Source: Octopus vulgaris
Taxonomy: Eukaryota
Direction: 5' to 3'
DNA: 64,000 nt
Assembly: GCA_951406725.2 (NCBI GenBank)
Contig: OX597822.1
Coordinates: 54,870,001 to 54,934,000, forward strand
Part shown: in pieces, positions 1 to 13,169 of the stretch
Layout: the number at the start of each line of letters is the position of its first letter
Position numbering within the stretch: the first letter of the stretch is position 1
Program-made: the position numbers and the translations under genes
The notes under the pieces: model-generated
Databases searched by the model: none
What the model was told of the DNA's origin: nothing
Seen by the model: the letters and a program-made list of their open reading frames with translations, nothing else

Positions 1-67
1 CAACAACAACAGCAACAACAACAACAACGACGACGACGACGACAACAACAACAACAACAACAACAAC

Positions 68-108
<41 letters not shown>
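1..108. repeat. Compound trinucleotide microsatellite (CAA/CGA then AAT)
   Basis: Directly visible tandem CAA, CGA and AAT units. Confidence 0.95.
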
Positions 109-109
<1 letters not shown>

Positions 110-110
<1 letters not shown>

Positions 111-342
111 GTTTCTGATTTAGGCACATGGTCAGCAATTTTATGGAGAGGGGATTAACCGATGCCATCGAGTTCAATGCTTGAATAATATTTTATTTCA
201 TCGATCCCCGAAAGGGATGAAAGACAAAGTTGACCTCGGCGATATTTGAACTCAGAAATGTAAAGAGCCGGAAGAATACCGCAAAGCACCCCACCACACA
301 TACACAAACAATGCTTTGACGATTCTGCTAGCTCGCTGCCTT
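110..342 (-). mobile_element. tRNA-derived SINE, family B, diverged copy
   Basis: Matches reverse complement of the family B core (..GATGAAAGACAAAGTTGACCTCGGCGATATTTGAACTCAG..) seen in many copies in this window. Confidence 0.8.
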
Positions 343-1329
343 TGAAATAACATTAATGAAAACAATAGCCACTGAGACAGAAACAGTAAACATTAAATTA
401 CTGGCGTGTTCAGTGTTTCGTTTCGTTGACTCCATGATGTACTAAAGAACACGTCTGTAGTTTTGTTGTTGCTTTTTAAGCCAACTCTGTGTTTGGACGT
501 TTGTAAACAATTCGTCTGTACGTGTGTAGGTCGATAAAAAGGAAGAATAGTTGTTGATAAATGATCCCCACTAAAAGTCGAAACGTACGTAGAATCAGTG
601 TCATTTTAAAGCATGGGCATACTAAGAAGTCGTTTAGGGGCAGTCGCTTAGGGGGCCTGACGGCTCTAACGGCTCAGTTCTAACCGATGTTTGGTGTGCA
701 TTGATTTGTCCCTGGCTCTATTCTGTTAATAAGACGGTCCCATGTATAGCTGTTTCCCCATTTTTTTTTTGGGGGGGGGGAGGTTTGTCCGTGTAGAGAT
801 TTGTACAGAAGGATTGTTCACAAATATCGTAACACAAAATGTTAGCTAAAAAAAAAAAAACGACAGCAGCAACAAAAACGGCCTATAGGTTTATATTAAA
901 GTATGTTATAGTTAAAAAAAAAAAACAAAAAAAAACAATGAATACCCATCGGGTGGTTGTTGTCGTCGTTGCTTAGCCCCAGGTCAGGTCCGATCCTAGG
1001 ATGACTTCTGTTTCCACCGTCGCCATTCCGTCTGTCCAATCTAAGGGTTCCTTTGTTTACGACAAGGTGGTTTCAGAGATCTATTTGGCTGCTATTTTTA
1101 GGAGTTCCATCGCCTACGCAGAGGCTCCCACATTAGCTTTGTTTACCTGTCTGTTTCTCTCTCTCTCTCTCTCTCCCCTCTGTCTGTCTGTCTCTCTTTC
1201 TCTCTCTCACACACACACATAACAATAAGAACAAGGACGCTAACTAGCGAGAGTGTGGGTGCGGAGATAGCAACCAAATTTCCCTCAAATCACATTCAAC
1301 TTCCGAAAAAAAAGATGAAAACAAACTTT

Positions 1330-1570
1330 GTAAATACTGTTGTGCCTGGGGAGAGTAATTTTCTTTTTGTGCCTTATGATTTAACACACTCCAAAAATTT
1401 TCGTTGCGTTTTGCAACTTTTTCAAGAGTCAAGACTATTGAAAAGGTTGTAAGACGCAACGAAAATTTTAGGAAAATAAAAATAAGGAATAAGTGGAAAT
1501 TATACAGGTGAGTGTGTTAAATTAGAAGGCACGAAAAGAAAATTACTCTCCCCAAACACAACAGAATATG
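1330..1570. repeat. Inverted repeat, probably Penelope-like element terminus
   Basis: GGGAGAGTAATTTTCTTTTTGTGCCTTATGATTTAACACACTC (~1348-1390) is the near reverse complement of GAGTGTGTTAAATTAGAAGGCACGAAAAGAAAATTACTCTCCC (~1510-1552). PLE origin is inference. Confidence 0.6.
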
Positions 1571-1824
1571 CTTCAACACACGAACACACATAAAGAATCT
1601 TGCAAACCAAATCCAAAAACGAAACTTTGTAGAAGAAACTAACAACAGCTAGGAATACGTTGGAGAATGTAAACCAAGATATATCACAATTAGGAAGAAA
1701 AAATCGTGATGGTCACGGCTAGAGAATCATTGATTCGTAGATCTGGTGAATCGGAGCCGAATGAAGCGTGGGCAGCAGTGGATAGTGTAAGGAATCAACA
1801 CAAAAATTGTAACTTCAAAACTCT

Positions 1825-2175
1825 ACATAGTTGCGTAGTTAACAAGTCTACTTTGTTATTACGTAGTTTCGGGTTCAATTCCACCGTGCGGCATCTTTTA
1901 CTGAATATTTTGTGAGTTTGGTAGACGGAAACTGTGTGGAAGCCTATCTTGCGTGCGTGTGTGTATATGTGTGTGTATGTATGTTTCTATGTATTTCTCA
2001 TTCACTACTTCACAGCCGCTACTGGTTTGTTTACGTTCTCGTAACTTAGCGGTTCTAAAGAAAAAAAAAGATTTCGATAGAATAAGTAAAATAAGTAATA
2101 AAATTGCTTTATAAAACAGAAAGATTTTATCGATTTCAATGTGGTGCCCCAGCATGACCACTGTCCAATGACTAG
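1825..2175 (+). mobile_element. tRNA-derived SINE, family A, diverged copy
   Basis: GGTTCAATTCC B-box, GGTAGACGGAAACTG and CCCAGCATGACC blocks shared with other family A copies. Confidence 0.75.
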
Positions 2176-2483
2176 GACCCCCCCCCCCAAAAAAAAAGCA
2201 ATAAAAGAAAATCATATATAATGAATAACTTGCTACTTACCTCGGAGATTCAAACACTCTCTTTTCACTGCTACCCAGGTACCACAAACGGAAATATAGA
2301 GGAGGGGGAGAAGGAAGGGGAGGGGTTAAAGAACAGGAGTAGGAGGAGGAAGAAGAAGAAGAAGGGGAGGATTGGTAATTGAGGTGTCTGATTCCTTCTT
2401 TCGCCCGTCTTATTTAAATAACCAACTTCTTCCATCCAGTTTGAAAAACCTTCATGTGCACACACGTACACACACCCACACTT

Positions 2484-2485
2484 GC

Positions 2486-2531
<46 letters not shown>

Positions 2532-2624
2532 TCATACACACATTCAGAAATGTATGTATATATATATATATATATAGAAGTGTGTGTGTGTGTATATATA
2601 TATATACATATACATACAGAAGTG

Positions 2625-2675
<51 letters not shown>

Positions 2676-2689
2676 CACTTTTACGTATA

Positions 2690-2743
<54 letters not shown>

Positions 2744-2819
2744 TCACACACATACACATCTAATTGTTATATAGTTATGCAAGTGTGTATGCGGCGTGGG
2801 GGTGGGCGGTTCGTGTTTA

Positions 2820-2893
<74 letters not shown>

Positions 2894-3169
2894 ATATACC
2901 TGGAAAAGTTGTCCATCGCAGTCCCATATCTCGAAGTATGGGAAACAGATATGGTAACCGTGGCGAAAATCTGAAACAAAATAAATTTCTGGAAGGAAAA
3001 AATCCTTTTTTCATAGTTATAATTTCCGTCGTATGAAACAGGAATATCCTTTTCGTCTCCCAGGATGTTTGGGATTTCGAGAGCCAGTTATTCCAAAACT
3101 CCGCCCACGTGTACGTCCGTATGTATGTATGTATGTATGTATGTATGTATGTATGTATGTATGTATGTA

Positions 3170-3213
<44 letters not shown>

Positions 3214-3534
3214 TGTGTGTGTGTGCTTGTATTGCAGCCAGAATGTATATATGCTTGGATGGTTGGTCGGATCATTTTGAACACAGTACTGGAACTGTCC
3301 TCTGGTACATCATAGATATCATCAAGCTGCTTTACTAAGTTAGGTAAAATGGGTATGTATGTATTTATGTATGTAGATATGTATATACGTACGTATATAC
3401 GTATATATGTGTGTGGGTGTGTATGTATATACATACATACATACATATATATATATACATATGTATATATATATATATACATATATATGTGAGTATATGT
3501 ATATATATATATATATGTGTGTATATATATATAC

Positions 3535-3565
<31 letters not shown>

Positions 3566-3685
3566 TGTATGTGTATATGTATATATGTGTGTATATATAT
3601 ATATACACACACATATATACGTATAAATACATACATATATGCATATATATATACATATTACGTATGTATGTGTGTGTGAACACAC

Positions 3686-3757
<72 letters not shown>

Positions 3758-3950
3758 TTCTATGTATGTGTATATTTATGTGTATGTATGAATGTGTTTG
3801 TATATATGTATGAATATATGAATGAACGTATATTTGTGTATGTATACATGTATGTACGTACGTAAGTATATATAAGTGCGTGTACGTATGTATATATTTA
3901 TCTGTGTATATGTATATACACACAAAATGTATGTATGTATGTATGTATGT
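2484..3950. repeat. Dense compound microsatellite block (TA, TG, TATG, CA)
   Basis: Directly visible; source of the IYIY/CVCV/HTHT pseudo-ORFs. Confidence 0.95.
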
Positions 3951-4267
3951 TTAGTATGATGAGCGTGCAGTGTTAAATGGTATATTGTTTTTTGTTGTTG
4001 TTGTTGTTAAATCACATGTGAAGTGTGACAGACCAGATCGATGATCAAAGCCAATCCCAGTGAGTTAAACTATTCAATCTGTACGTCCTTTTTAAAACAC
4101 AAAAAAGCGTGACATTTGAGGTAGATTTGGTTGGTGTTTCTAACAGGATGTGCGACTACGGGAGAAGTTTTCCTGTTCAATAGCATGCGATTTATTGCAA
4201 CAAGGTTTGGTGCTATTGTGATGCACTCAAGTGTGGTTACGTGCATATATGTGGAAGTATGTATGTG

Positions 4268-4420
<153 letters not shown>

Positions 4421-4422
4421 AT

Positions 4423-4710
4423 GTAGGAGTGGCTGTGTGGTAAATAGCTTGCTTACCAACCACATGGTTCCGGGTTGATTCCTACTGCATGACACCTTGG
4501 GCAAGTGTTTTCTACTATAGCCTCGGGTTGACCAAAGCTTTGTGAGTGGATTTGGTAGACGGAAACTGAAAGAAGCCTGTCGTATATATGTATATATGTG
4601 TGTGTGTATACGTTTGTGTGTCGGTGTCTGCCTCCCCCCTCCCTACATCGCTTGACAACCGGAGTAGATTTGGTAGATAGAAACTGAAAGAAGCCCGTCG
4701 TATATATATA

Positions 4711-4741
<31 letters not shown>

Positions 4742-4942
4742 ATATATATATATGTTTGTGTTTGTGTGTCTGTGTTTGTCCCCCAACATCGCTTGACAAC
4801 CGATGCTGGTGTGTTTACGTCCCCGTAACTTAGCGATAGAATAAGTACTAGGTTCACAGATAATAAGTCCTGGAGTCGATTTGCTCGACTAAAGGTGGTA
4901 CTCCAGCATGGCCACAGTCAAATGACTGAAACAAGTAAAAGA
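4423..4942 (+). mobile_element. SINE family A with an internal duplication of its middle segment
   Basis: Head GGAGTGGCTGTGTGGTAA; CORE-like ACCTTGGGCAAGTG; segment GATTTGGTAGA..ACATCGCTTGACAACCG occurs twice; tail GACTGAAACAAGTAAAAGAA. Confidence 0.9.
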
Positions 4943-5344
4943 ATATATATATTAACTATATACATGCACACACGCAGAGAGAAAGTAAGTTAGTGAGACT
5001 GAGAGAGAGGTAGGGAGACGGTATGACTTTGCTATCTTTTGATCTCATAACTTTGTTGTCGATATTATTGTGGTTGAATAATGATCCTATTACTTTTTTT
5101 TTTCTCAAGGAAACAAACGTAGAATTGTTTTTCAGTGAGGTGTGTGTGTCTGAACTACAGAGTTTCAAGAAGAGAGATTGGACGGGCCGACAGACAGGCG
5201 GACAGATGATCAGAAAGGCAGAGGTAGATAATGGAGAAGAGGAAGAGGAGAGAGGGAGAGAGAGAGAGAGAGAGAGAACTGGAAAGTGCCAGAAAGAAGT
5301 AGGAGAAAAGAGGAAATGAGAGGGAGACAGGTGTGTATGTATAT

Positions 5345-5661
5345 AATACATACATACATACATACATACATACATACATACATACATACATACATACATG
5401 CATGCATGCATGCATGCATACATACATACATACATACATACATACATACATACATACATACATACATACATACATACATACATACATACATACATACGTA
5501 CGTACGTACGTATGTATGTGTGTGCAGAAAGGGAGAAGTAGAAGTGAGGGATAGGCTGAGATGTAGAGACGGAGTAAGGAATAAGACAGTAGAAGACTTT
5601 GGAAGTATTGGATTTAAGAGATAAAGCAAGCGAAAGAAAGGGTTGATAGACAGACAGACAA

Positions 5662-5738
<77 letters not shown>

Positions 5739-5992
5739 CAGATATGTAGGTAGGTAAGTATAGAGATAGGCTTGTAGGTAAATTGGTGTAGAGAGATAAG
5801 GAGACAGAGGGAGAGAAAGTTAAAGAGAAAAAGAGAGAGAAAAGAGATTGATAAAAAGGCATATAGATAAGTAGATACGAATATAGGTAGGTAGTTTAGC
5901 AAATAGACTGATAAGCACGCATTATGGGAAGATAGGTAGACAGGTAAAAAAGGAACGGACAAGTATATAAGTAGGTAGGGTGGGAGACAGAT

Positions 5993-6073
<81 letters not shown>

Positions 6074-6172
6074 GGATGGATAGATAGGTTGGTAGATAAG
6101 CAGACAGGTAGACAGGTAGATAGGTAGGTAGCTAGGTAGATAGAGGGACAGAAAGATAGATAGATAGATAGG

Positions 6173-6235
<63 letters not shown>

Positions 6236-6260
6236 AACAATGCATAATACATAGACACAT

Positions 6261-6314
<54 letters not shown>

Positions 6315-6340
6315 AGGGAGAGAGAGAGAGAGAGAGCGAG
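5345..6340. repeat. (CATA)n, (GATA)n, (GTA)n and (GA)n microsatellites
   Basis: Directly visible. Confidence 0.95.
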
Positions 6341-6557
6341 AAATGGGAAGGTGCGACCGAGAAGTAGGCCGGGTGTAAGGAGGGTGGAGGTAGAGGTAGA
6401 GATTGAAGCGATAAGTATTTAGCTGGTGTCTTGGTATGAGTGAATATTGTTTGACTGAAGCGGGACTTTACAACTATTTTACAACTATTTTAGGTGTGTC
6501 AAACGCAAATAGTGTGGTATTTGTGTGTCAATGCATATATATACATATATATATATA

Positions 6558-6973
6558 AGTGGCTGTGTGGTAAGTAGTTTGCTTACCAACCACATGGTTC
6601 GAGGTTCAGTCCCACTGCGTGGCACCTTGGGATGTCTTCTACTATTGCCTAGAGCCGACCAAAGCCTTGTGAGTGGATTTGGTAGACAGAAACTGAAAGA
6701 AGCCTGTCGTGTGTGTGTATATGTGTGTGTATGTATGTGTGTGTGTGTGTGTGTGTGTGTATGCTTGTATGTGTGTTTGCCCCCACCCCCCGACGGCGTT
6801 TGGCAACCGATGCTGGTGTGTTCACGTCCCGTAACTTAGCGGTTCGGCAAAAGAGAACCCATAGAATAAATACTAGTCTTACAAATAATAAGTCCTGTGG
6901 TCTATTTGCTCGACTGAAGGCGGTACTCCAGCATGGCCGCAGTCAAATGACTGAAACAAGTAAAAGGATAAAA

Positions 6974-6976
<3 letters not shown>
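6558..6976 (+). mobile_element. SINE family A
   Basis: Head, internal TG microsatellite and tail as in the 59302 copy. Confidence 0.9.
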
Positions 6977-7030
<54 letters not shown>

Positions 7031-7261
7031 TGTGTATGTACGTCAATATGTGTGTGTGTCTAAAGAGCCCAATCTACTACGTTATAGCATGACCAGGTGT
7101 GTTCTATGATGTGCAACAGTTCGTGTCTGTCTGTTTGTCTGCCTCTGTGTGTGTATTTGTGTGTGCGTGCGTGTGTGGGACAGAGAGAGAAGAGACGATA
7201 AGGAAGTTTATTACAAGGGGTGGGATAGATGGATAATGTCGATGGTGATGAAGACGATGAT

Positions 7262-7357
7262 GGCAGTGGTGGTGGTGGTGGTGGTGGTGGTTGTGGTGGT
7301 GGTGGTGGTGGTGGTGGTGGTGGTGGTTCTGGTAGTTGTAGTAGTAGTGGTGGTGGT
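7262..7357. repeat. (GGT)n microsatellite
   Basis: Directly visible. Confidence 0.95.
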
Positions 7358-7419
7358 AACGTATCTAAAATTTTGCGTTTGTGGGTCTATGACAATGAGA
7401 GACAATGTCATTTGAGAGC

Positions 7420-7580
7420 CACGAACAAAAATAAAACAAAGAATAAATAAATAAAACGTAACCAAAAAAAGTCAAGGAACAATGTCAATAAGTTGTAGAA
7501 AACGATGTCGACGTTTCGAATAATGGCTCTTCGTTAAAATAGAATGAAAAGAAAAATAGAAGGAGAAGATGGAAAGGAAT
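7420..7580 (-). mobile_element. Penelope-like terminal fragment with decayed hammerhead motif (family P1)
   Basis: Minus strand TTAACGA-AGAGC-CAT-TATTC-GAAACGTC, homologous to motifs at 33660 and 54833. Confidence 0.5.
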
Positions 7581-8331
7581 AGAAAAACGATGTTGATTCA
7601 AAAATGTAACATGTATGGACGGAAGGCAGGAATCCCTTCGCTTCCTACAGAATACAAACCATTGAAAGATTTTCATCAATGTTCTCGAATTTGGTCTGTC
7701 TTTTCTTCTATTTTCCAGATGAATCCGTGCATTTCCAGCTCTGCTTTCAATTATTTTTAGGGTATCCAATCTCTTCTGCTTACCTCCTGGATCTCAGATC
7801 AAGGCCTGACGTATCATGTTTTTCTTATTGATTTTCAATTTTCATCGATGCTTTTGTGACTTTGCTTCTTTTTACTTTTCACTTGATTGAGTGTTTTCCT
7901 ACGCAAACCCATTTTTATCTATGGGAAGAGGTGATCCATATGAGTCTGGTCTCTACTCCTTGACCTATTCATCATGAGAGACCCTTCTAGAAGCTTGCGT
8001 TCCGTTGGCATAGCTTCCGCAGTTAATGAAGCATGCAACAAAGATTAGAGTTTGTGGAAAAGCAGAAAGTAATGGAGTAAAAAAATTAATTTTTAGCACA
8101 GAAAATTGATAAAACTGTGCGAATGAATCAAATGAAGTGGGTAGTAAACGTCAATACACATTTCAATTTTTCTTCCTGCGCCTTGTGCAAGCGTGTGCGG
8201 AGGTGAGAGAAAGAAAGAAAGAAAGAAAGGTATATATATATATATACTAGCATTAAAGACTCGTCGTTGCCGGGTCATAGTGCTAGTGCATGTATATATG
8301 TGTATGTATATGTGTACATATTACATGTACA

Positions 8332-8369
<38 letters not shown>

Positions 8370-8370
<1 letters not shown>

Positions 8371-11300
8371 ACACATAAAATACAAAATACAAAGTTATAT
8401 CTTGATATCGCTAGTGATAACAATACTCAAAATATATAACAGACTAGAATTGTTAGCCCGTCTCTTGTAATTTCGATCAATTGTATCTTGTCCTCCCTCT
8501 TGTATAGAAGTGTGGCTACAATCCAGCCTACCTCTACTTCGGGGGGGGGGGGAGGGCATTTTAAATTTTTTTCCGGGACGTCCTACGTCCCAGATATAAA
8601 GGTAAAAATAAAATATTTCCATTTTGCAAGTTCGAGTCGAGTACTCCCTTGCACGCTCCGTTGACTCGAACCTTGCTTCTATTGTGGCGAATTTACCGCC
8701 TCTGATTAGATACCTTTCATAGTCGCACCAAGACACTTTTCGAAGGTGCTTTCCTCCATGTGTTTTATTATTACCCACAAGGGGCGAACGTAGAGGGGAC
8801 AATACAATCTGATGTGGGGTCAGATACACGAATGGGTTTTACAAAAAAGCGAATTTTAAGAATTTGCAAAAAATTACAAAAATAGAAAAAAATCGAATGG
8901 AGAACAGACCGGAAGACATTACGGATGGAGTGGGAGCGGGTTTAGCTCGGACCCCACGAGCCCCGCCTCCCCACTGATACTTTGGTTTCGTTTAGTTTTA
9001 CATTTATGTGGTATCATCCACTCGCAACTTTCGTGCTACATCTTTCCATCGTTCTTCATACACTCTCTTAGTCAGGCATATTCTCTCCAGCCCTATCTTC
9101 CTTTTCAGGTGAAAGATGAAATAATTCATCAAACCAGGGCCGGAGATGAACTTGCTTGACTGTAAACCTTTCATTCTCGTCTTCCATATCACCTCTTTCG
9201 CAATTGCTACTACAACGAGAAAACAAATCTTACCTTCTTTCGCGAGGAAATCTGGTGGGTCAATTTTTGTAATAGACTCAGTCGACAGCTGTACTCTTCG
9301 TGTGCTTGACAACAGCAGTTCGGCATAAACCCACACCTCAGACACGTCCGAACAATGAACAATAGCGTGCGGGACGGTTTCCCTATCCCGCTCGCATCTT
9401 GGACATATCGGACTGTCTTGGCCACCGTGCCTTGCGAGTTTATCCCGAACAGGTAGAGCTCCTCTGTAGCATTGCCATGCTAGAGACTTCTGGAAGTTGT
9501 CCAGTGTCTTCGGCTCGAACGTACGTTGGAACAGACTGGCCAGCTGATTATCGTCGAGACCTAGGGTTTCCCCCAAGGTATCTTCACATTCCGCCTCTAC
9601 CAACCCTCTATAGAAGAATGTGGTGGAACCCCCACCGCAGGCGTTGCCCGAGCGACGGAATAGCAGGAGAGCCTTGCGACACTCCGTGTACCATGTGCCT
9701 AGTTTCGATCTACGATTCAGCCAGGTTTCCCATCCACCGAAACTAGTGAACTTGGGAAACATCAGTTTTGCTAGCGGATACCACACCCGTTCACCATCCA
9801 GGTAGAGCCACATATGTCTTAACCTCAGCGCATGTCTGCGCATCATCAGCCAAGGCATCCCTAGCCCACCCTTTAACGGTTGTTGACAGCAAGTAGATCC
9901 GTTTCACAAGTGGTTTCCCGCCCTTCCACAAGAAGTAGAAGAGCTGTCTTTCCAACTTGATCAACCACGAATCAGGGCAAGGAACGACGGAAAGGCGGTA
10001 GGTGATAACCGATGCGATAAACACATTGGCTACCTCCGCCCTCCCTTTCAGGGATAGCCACCGCCAAGACCAGATCTTGGTTACTGCAGCCACCCTGCTC
10101 GATACCTCGCCCCAATTCTTCTCTATTTGGAGGTCTGGACCGAACCAATCCCCTAGCAACTTAATCGGACCCTCCGTCCAACGTCCCACGACGCTGTCAG
10201 GAGGCATCGACTTGCCTCTCCAGGTGCCGAGTTGCAAGCCGACTGACTTTTCGCGATTAACTTTTGCTCCTGTCACCGTCTCGTAAACCTCTATGGCCTT
10301 GCCTACTTTACGTAGGTGGTCCATTTCGGTTACGATGATGGTGATGTCATCCGCGTACGCTGACACCGATTTTCCACTACCTGGCTGTCTCGGGATGCCG
10401 CTCAGTTTTCGCTGTAATGGCTCAAGAGCCATCACGTACAAAAGCGGGGAGAGCGGACACCCTTGACGAACCGAGCGCTTGATGTTGAACGGCTTCGACA
10501 AGAAGCCGTTCACCCGAACTACCGAGTCGATGTTGTCGTAAATTTGGATAATCCACCTGAGGAAGCCAAGGCACAGCCCGAACTGTGCCAGGGCAGATAC
10601 CAGGTAGCGATGGTCGACCCTATCGAATGCTTTAGATTGGTCTAAATGGACCAGTGCCCCACCCTTGCCAGAATCGCTATTAAACCCCTCTATAGTGTAC
10701 CGCATAAGATGGAGATTATCCTGAATGGTTCTGCCAGGAACGGCACATGTCTGTGCCTCCCCGATCAGACCATCCGCGACACGCGCCAATCTTTTCGATA
10801 ACACTTTGGCCAAAATCTTCAACTCTGTGTTTAGCAGAGTGATGGGCCTGAAATTATCAATGCACTCCCCCTTGCTCGGGTCCTTTCTGACGAGTGTCAC
10901 TACTCCCCGGCGCACAGATCTGGGTATGAGCCCGTTCTGCTGCCAGTTCGCATAGACCTCCGCCAGTAGGTACCCGAACAAGTCTGACATACTCTTATAT
11001 AACTCATAGGGTAGACCATCTAAACCCGGCGCCTTGCCCGCGCCGCAGTCCGCCATCGCCTCAACCACCTCCCCAGGCGTGATTGGCCCTTCACAGCCCT
11101 CCGCATCTCGCCCCGATAAGCGCGGCAGCCCGTCGAAGAGGTCCGTAAAGGCCCTCCTCCTATCCAGTCCGCCGCACTCACCGAAAAGCTGAGCGAAGTG
11201 CTCCTGAAAGGCCTCACACATCTCCTCGGGCTCGTTTATCAACTCACCTTGTTGGTTCGTCATAGATCGAATCGTGGCATCGTTACCACGCTGAGCTTCC

Positions 11301-11396
11301 ACCACTCGGGCCCATCTCACGGCGTTGATTCCTTCACAACCCATTGCGCGGATCCTAGCCCTGACAATGCAGCCCATGTGTTTGGCCTCGAGGTGC
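8370..11396 (-). mobile_element. 5'-truncated Tx1/L1-clade non-LTR retrotransposon (ORF2 3' part plus 3' UTR)
   Basis: RT and C-terminal zinc finger ORFs; GC-richer than flanks; presumed 3' UTR ends against a (TA)n tract. Confidence 0.85.
9004..11396 (-). pseudogene. LINE ORF2 reverse transcriptase plus zf-RVT domain; one frameshift near 9890; endonuclease domain absent
   Basis: Motifs APGLDGL, NFRPITLLN, LDQSKAFDRV, VRQGCPLSPLL, SAYADDIT (ORF 9791-11377); CPRC..ETVPHAIVHC (ORF 9004-9858). Confidence 0.92.
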
Positions 11397-12747
11397 TGGT
11401 TCCTTATACTTCGGGATCAATCTCGATAGCCTGTCCACATGTCCCAAATTCTTCGATTGTAATCGATTGGCTGTATATGTGGGGACGGTGATCTGTCTGT
11501 AAGGTAAATTTTCTGCCGTGCAAGAATTTATGAAATCTCTTCACTGCAAAGGTAATGGCTAGTATCTCTTTCTCTATCTGGCTGTAATTTTTTCCGCCGA
11601 TAGTAATGCACGTAACACATGTGCGATCGGTTTTTACGTTACCATTACCCAACTTATGTAGGATTACTGCTCCGACACCAGACTCGTTAGCATCTGATGC
11701 TACAATTATTTTTAGCTTCGGATTAAAATATGCTAGAGATAGCTCTGACGTTAACATCTTTTTAATCACTCTCTTCGAATGCTTTTTAGCATTCGTCAGT
11801 CCAAAACGATTTCACATCTTTTACAGCAGTTTGTTTAAAGGTGCTCTTAGCTCATGCATTCTTGGAATATACATTTGATAGTAATTCGAAAGACCTAGAA
11901 AAGCTTGTAAGGTTGATATATTAGTTGGAAGACGCATATCTTTAATTGCGTCTGCCTTCCATGAGTCCGGTCGTTGTCTATTCCTGTCGGTAATTTGTGC
12001 TAAATACTTAATTTCAGGTAAGAAAAATTCATATTTTTCCTCACTCAATGTGAAACGGTAATCTCTTATTTTTTCAAAAGCACACTTTACTTGCTCGATA
12101 TGCTGATCACGAGATTCACTTTTATTTAATATATCATCCAGGTATGGAAATGCGAATTCAGTCTGCTAATATTGCATCCATAATCTGTTGAAGAATTGCA
12201 GGTGCAATTTTTATTCCGAAAGGAAGTCGGTTAAATTTGTATAACCCTTTGTGCGTGTTTATCGTTAACAGCTTGGAACATTCTTCGTCTATCTGCAGCT
12301 ATAAATAAGCTTCCGATAAATCCAGATTAGAAAGGAGTTTGCCTCCATTAAGCTTGGCAAAAATCTCCTCTGGGCTTGGTAACGGATAGTTATAAGTTTT
12401 CAGACAATCATCAAACCCCGCCGAAAAATCAGCGCAGACCCTTATTTTGTTCTTTTTCTTTTTTTTATGTACACTATTTATGCTACCCATTCGGAATAGT
12501 TTAATCTTTTGTATTACACCAATATTCTCAAGTCTTTTCAATTCTTTTTCTACTTGATTCAGTGCCGCAAAAGGCACAGCTCCCTTTGGTTTAAAAACTG
12601 GAACGGCATTTTCTTTTATGCGGAATTTCACTTTTGTCTTCGTACATGTACCGAGTTTTTCTGAAAAACATCAGGATACATTCTTTTAACTTCATTTTTA
12701 ACTGGCGTGCGACGCATTCACATTATTACAGAAAATACTTATGGACA

Positions 12748-13111
12748 CAACAATTGCAGCGTAGAAGGTGTTTGTATGCCATTTAAGAAACACACAAAAG
12801 CCGTTCGATTCACTTCAACATTTAAGTTTAATTTGTCAAAATATTCTCGTCGCTTTAAGATCGCGACCTGTTCACTGACAAAAATACGTGCTGCATCTGA
12901 GAAAGTAACAGTTAGTTCGTTATATATATGTACAGGTCGCGATCTTAAAGCGACGAAAATATTTTGACAAATTAAACTTAAATGTTGAAGTGAATCGAAC
13001 GGCTTTTGTGTGTTTCTTAAATGGCTTACAAACACCTTTCACGCTGCAATTGTTTTCCTTTCAGCACACGATCTCAGATCAAATCACTTGCTATGCAAGT
13101 ACATCTCCGTA
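12748..13111. mobile_element. Short non-autonomous Penelope-like insertion with 123-bp inverted arms and 11-bp TSD
   Basis: ACTTATGGACA at 12737-12747 and 13112-13122; removing the insert restores Gypsy LWDLSIS|IFCNN; inverted arms 12749-12871 and 12932-13054; hammerhead-like fold in the arm. Confidence 0.75.
12832..12882 (-). ncRNA. Minimal type I hammerhead ribozyme-like motif with G3-C8 core variant
   Basis: TTTGTCA GTGAACA G GTCGC gatcttaaa GCGAC GAG AATATT T TGACAAA: 7-bp helix I, 5-bp stem II, palindromic helix III. The other arm has canonical GAA. Confidence 0.6.
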
Positions 13112-13169
13112 ACTTATGGACAAATCCCACAATTTAAATGTCTCCATCCAATCTGTACCAAACCGATTC

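Noticed and set aside
9791-11377. Group II intron, retron or other prokaryotic RT system
   Set aside because: Motifs and the downstream zf-RVT domain are those of a eukaryotic L1/Tx1 LINE.
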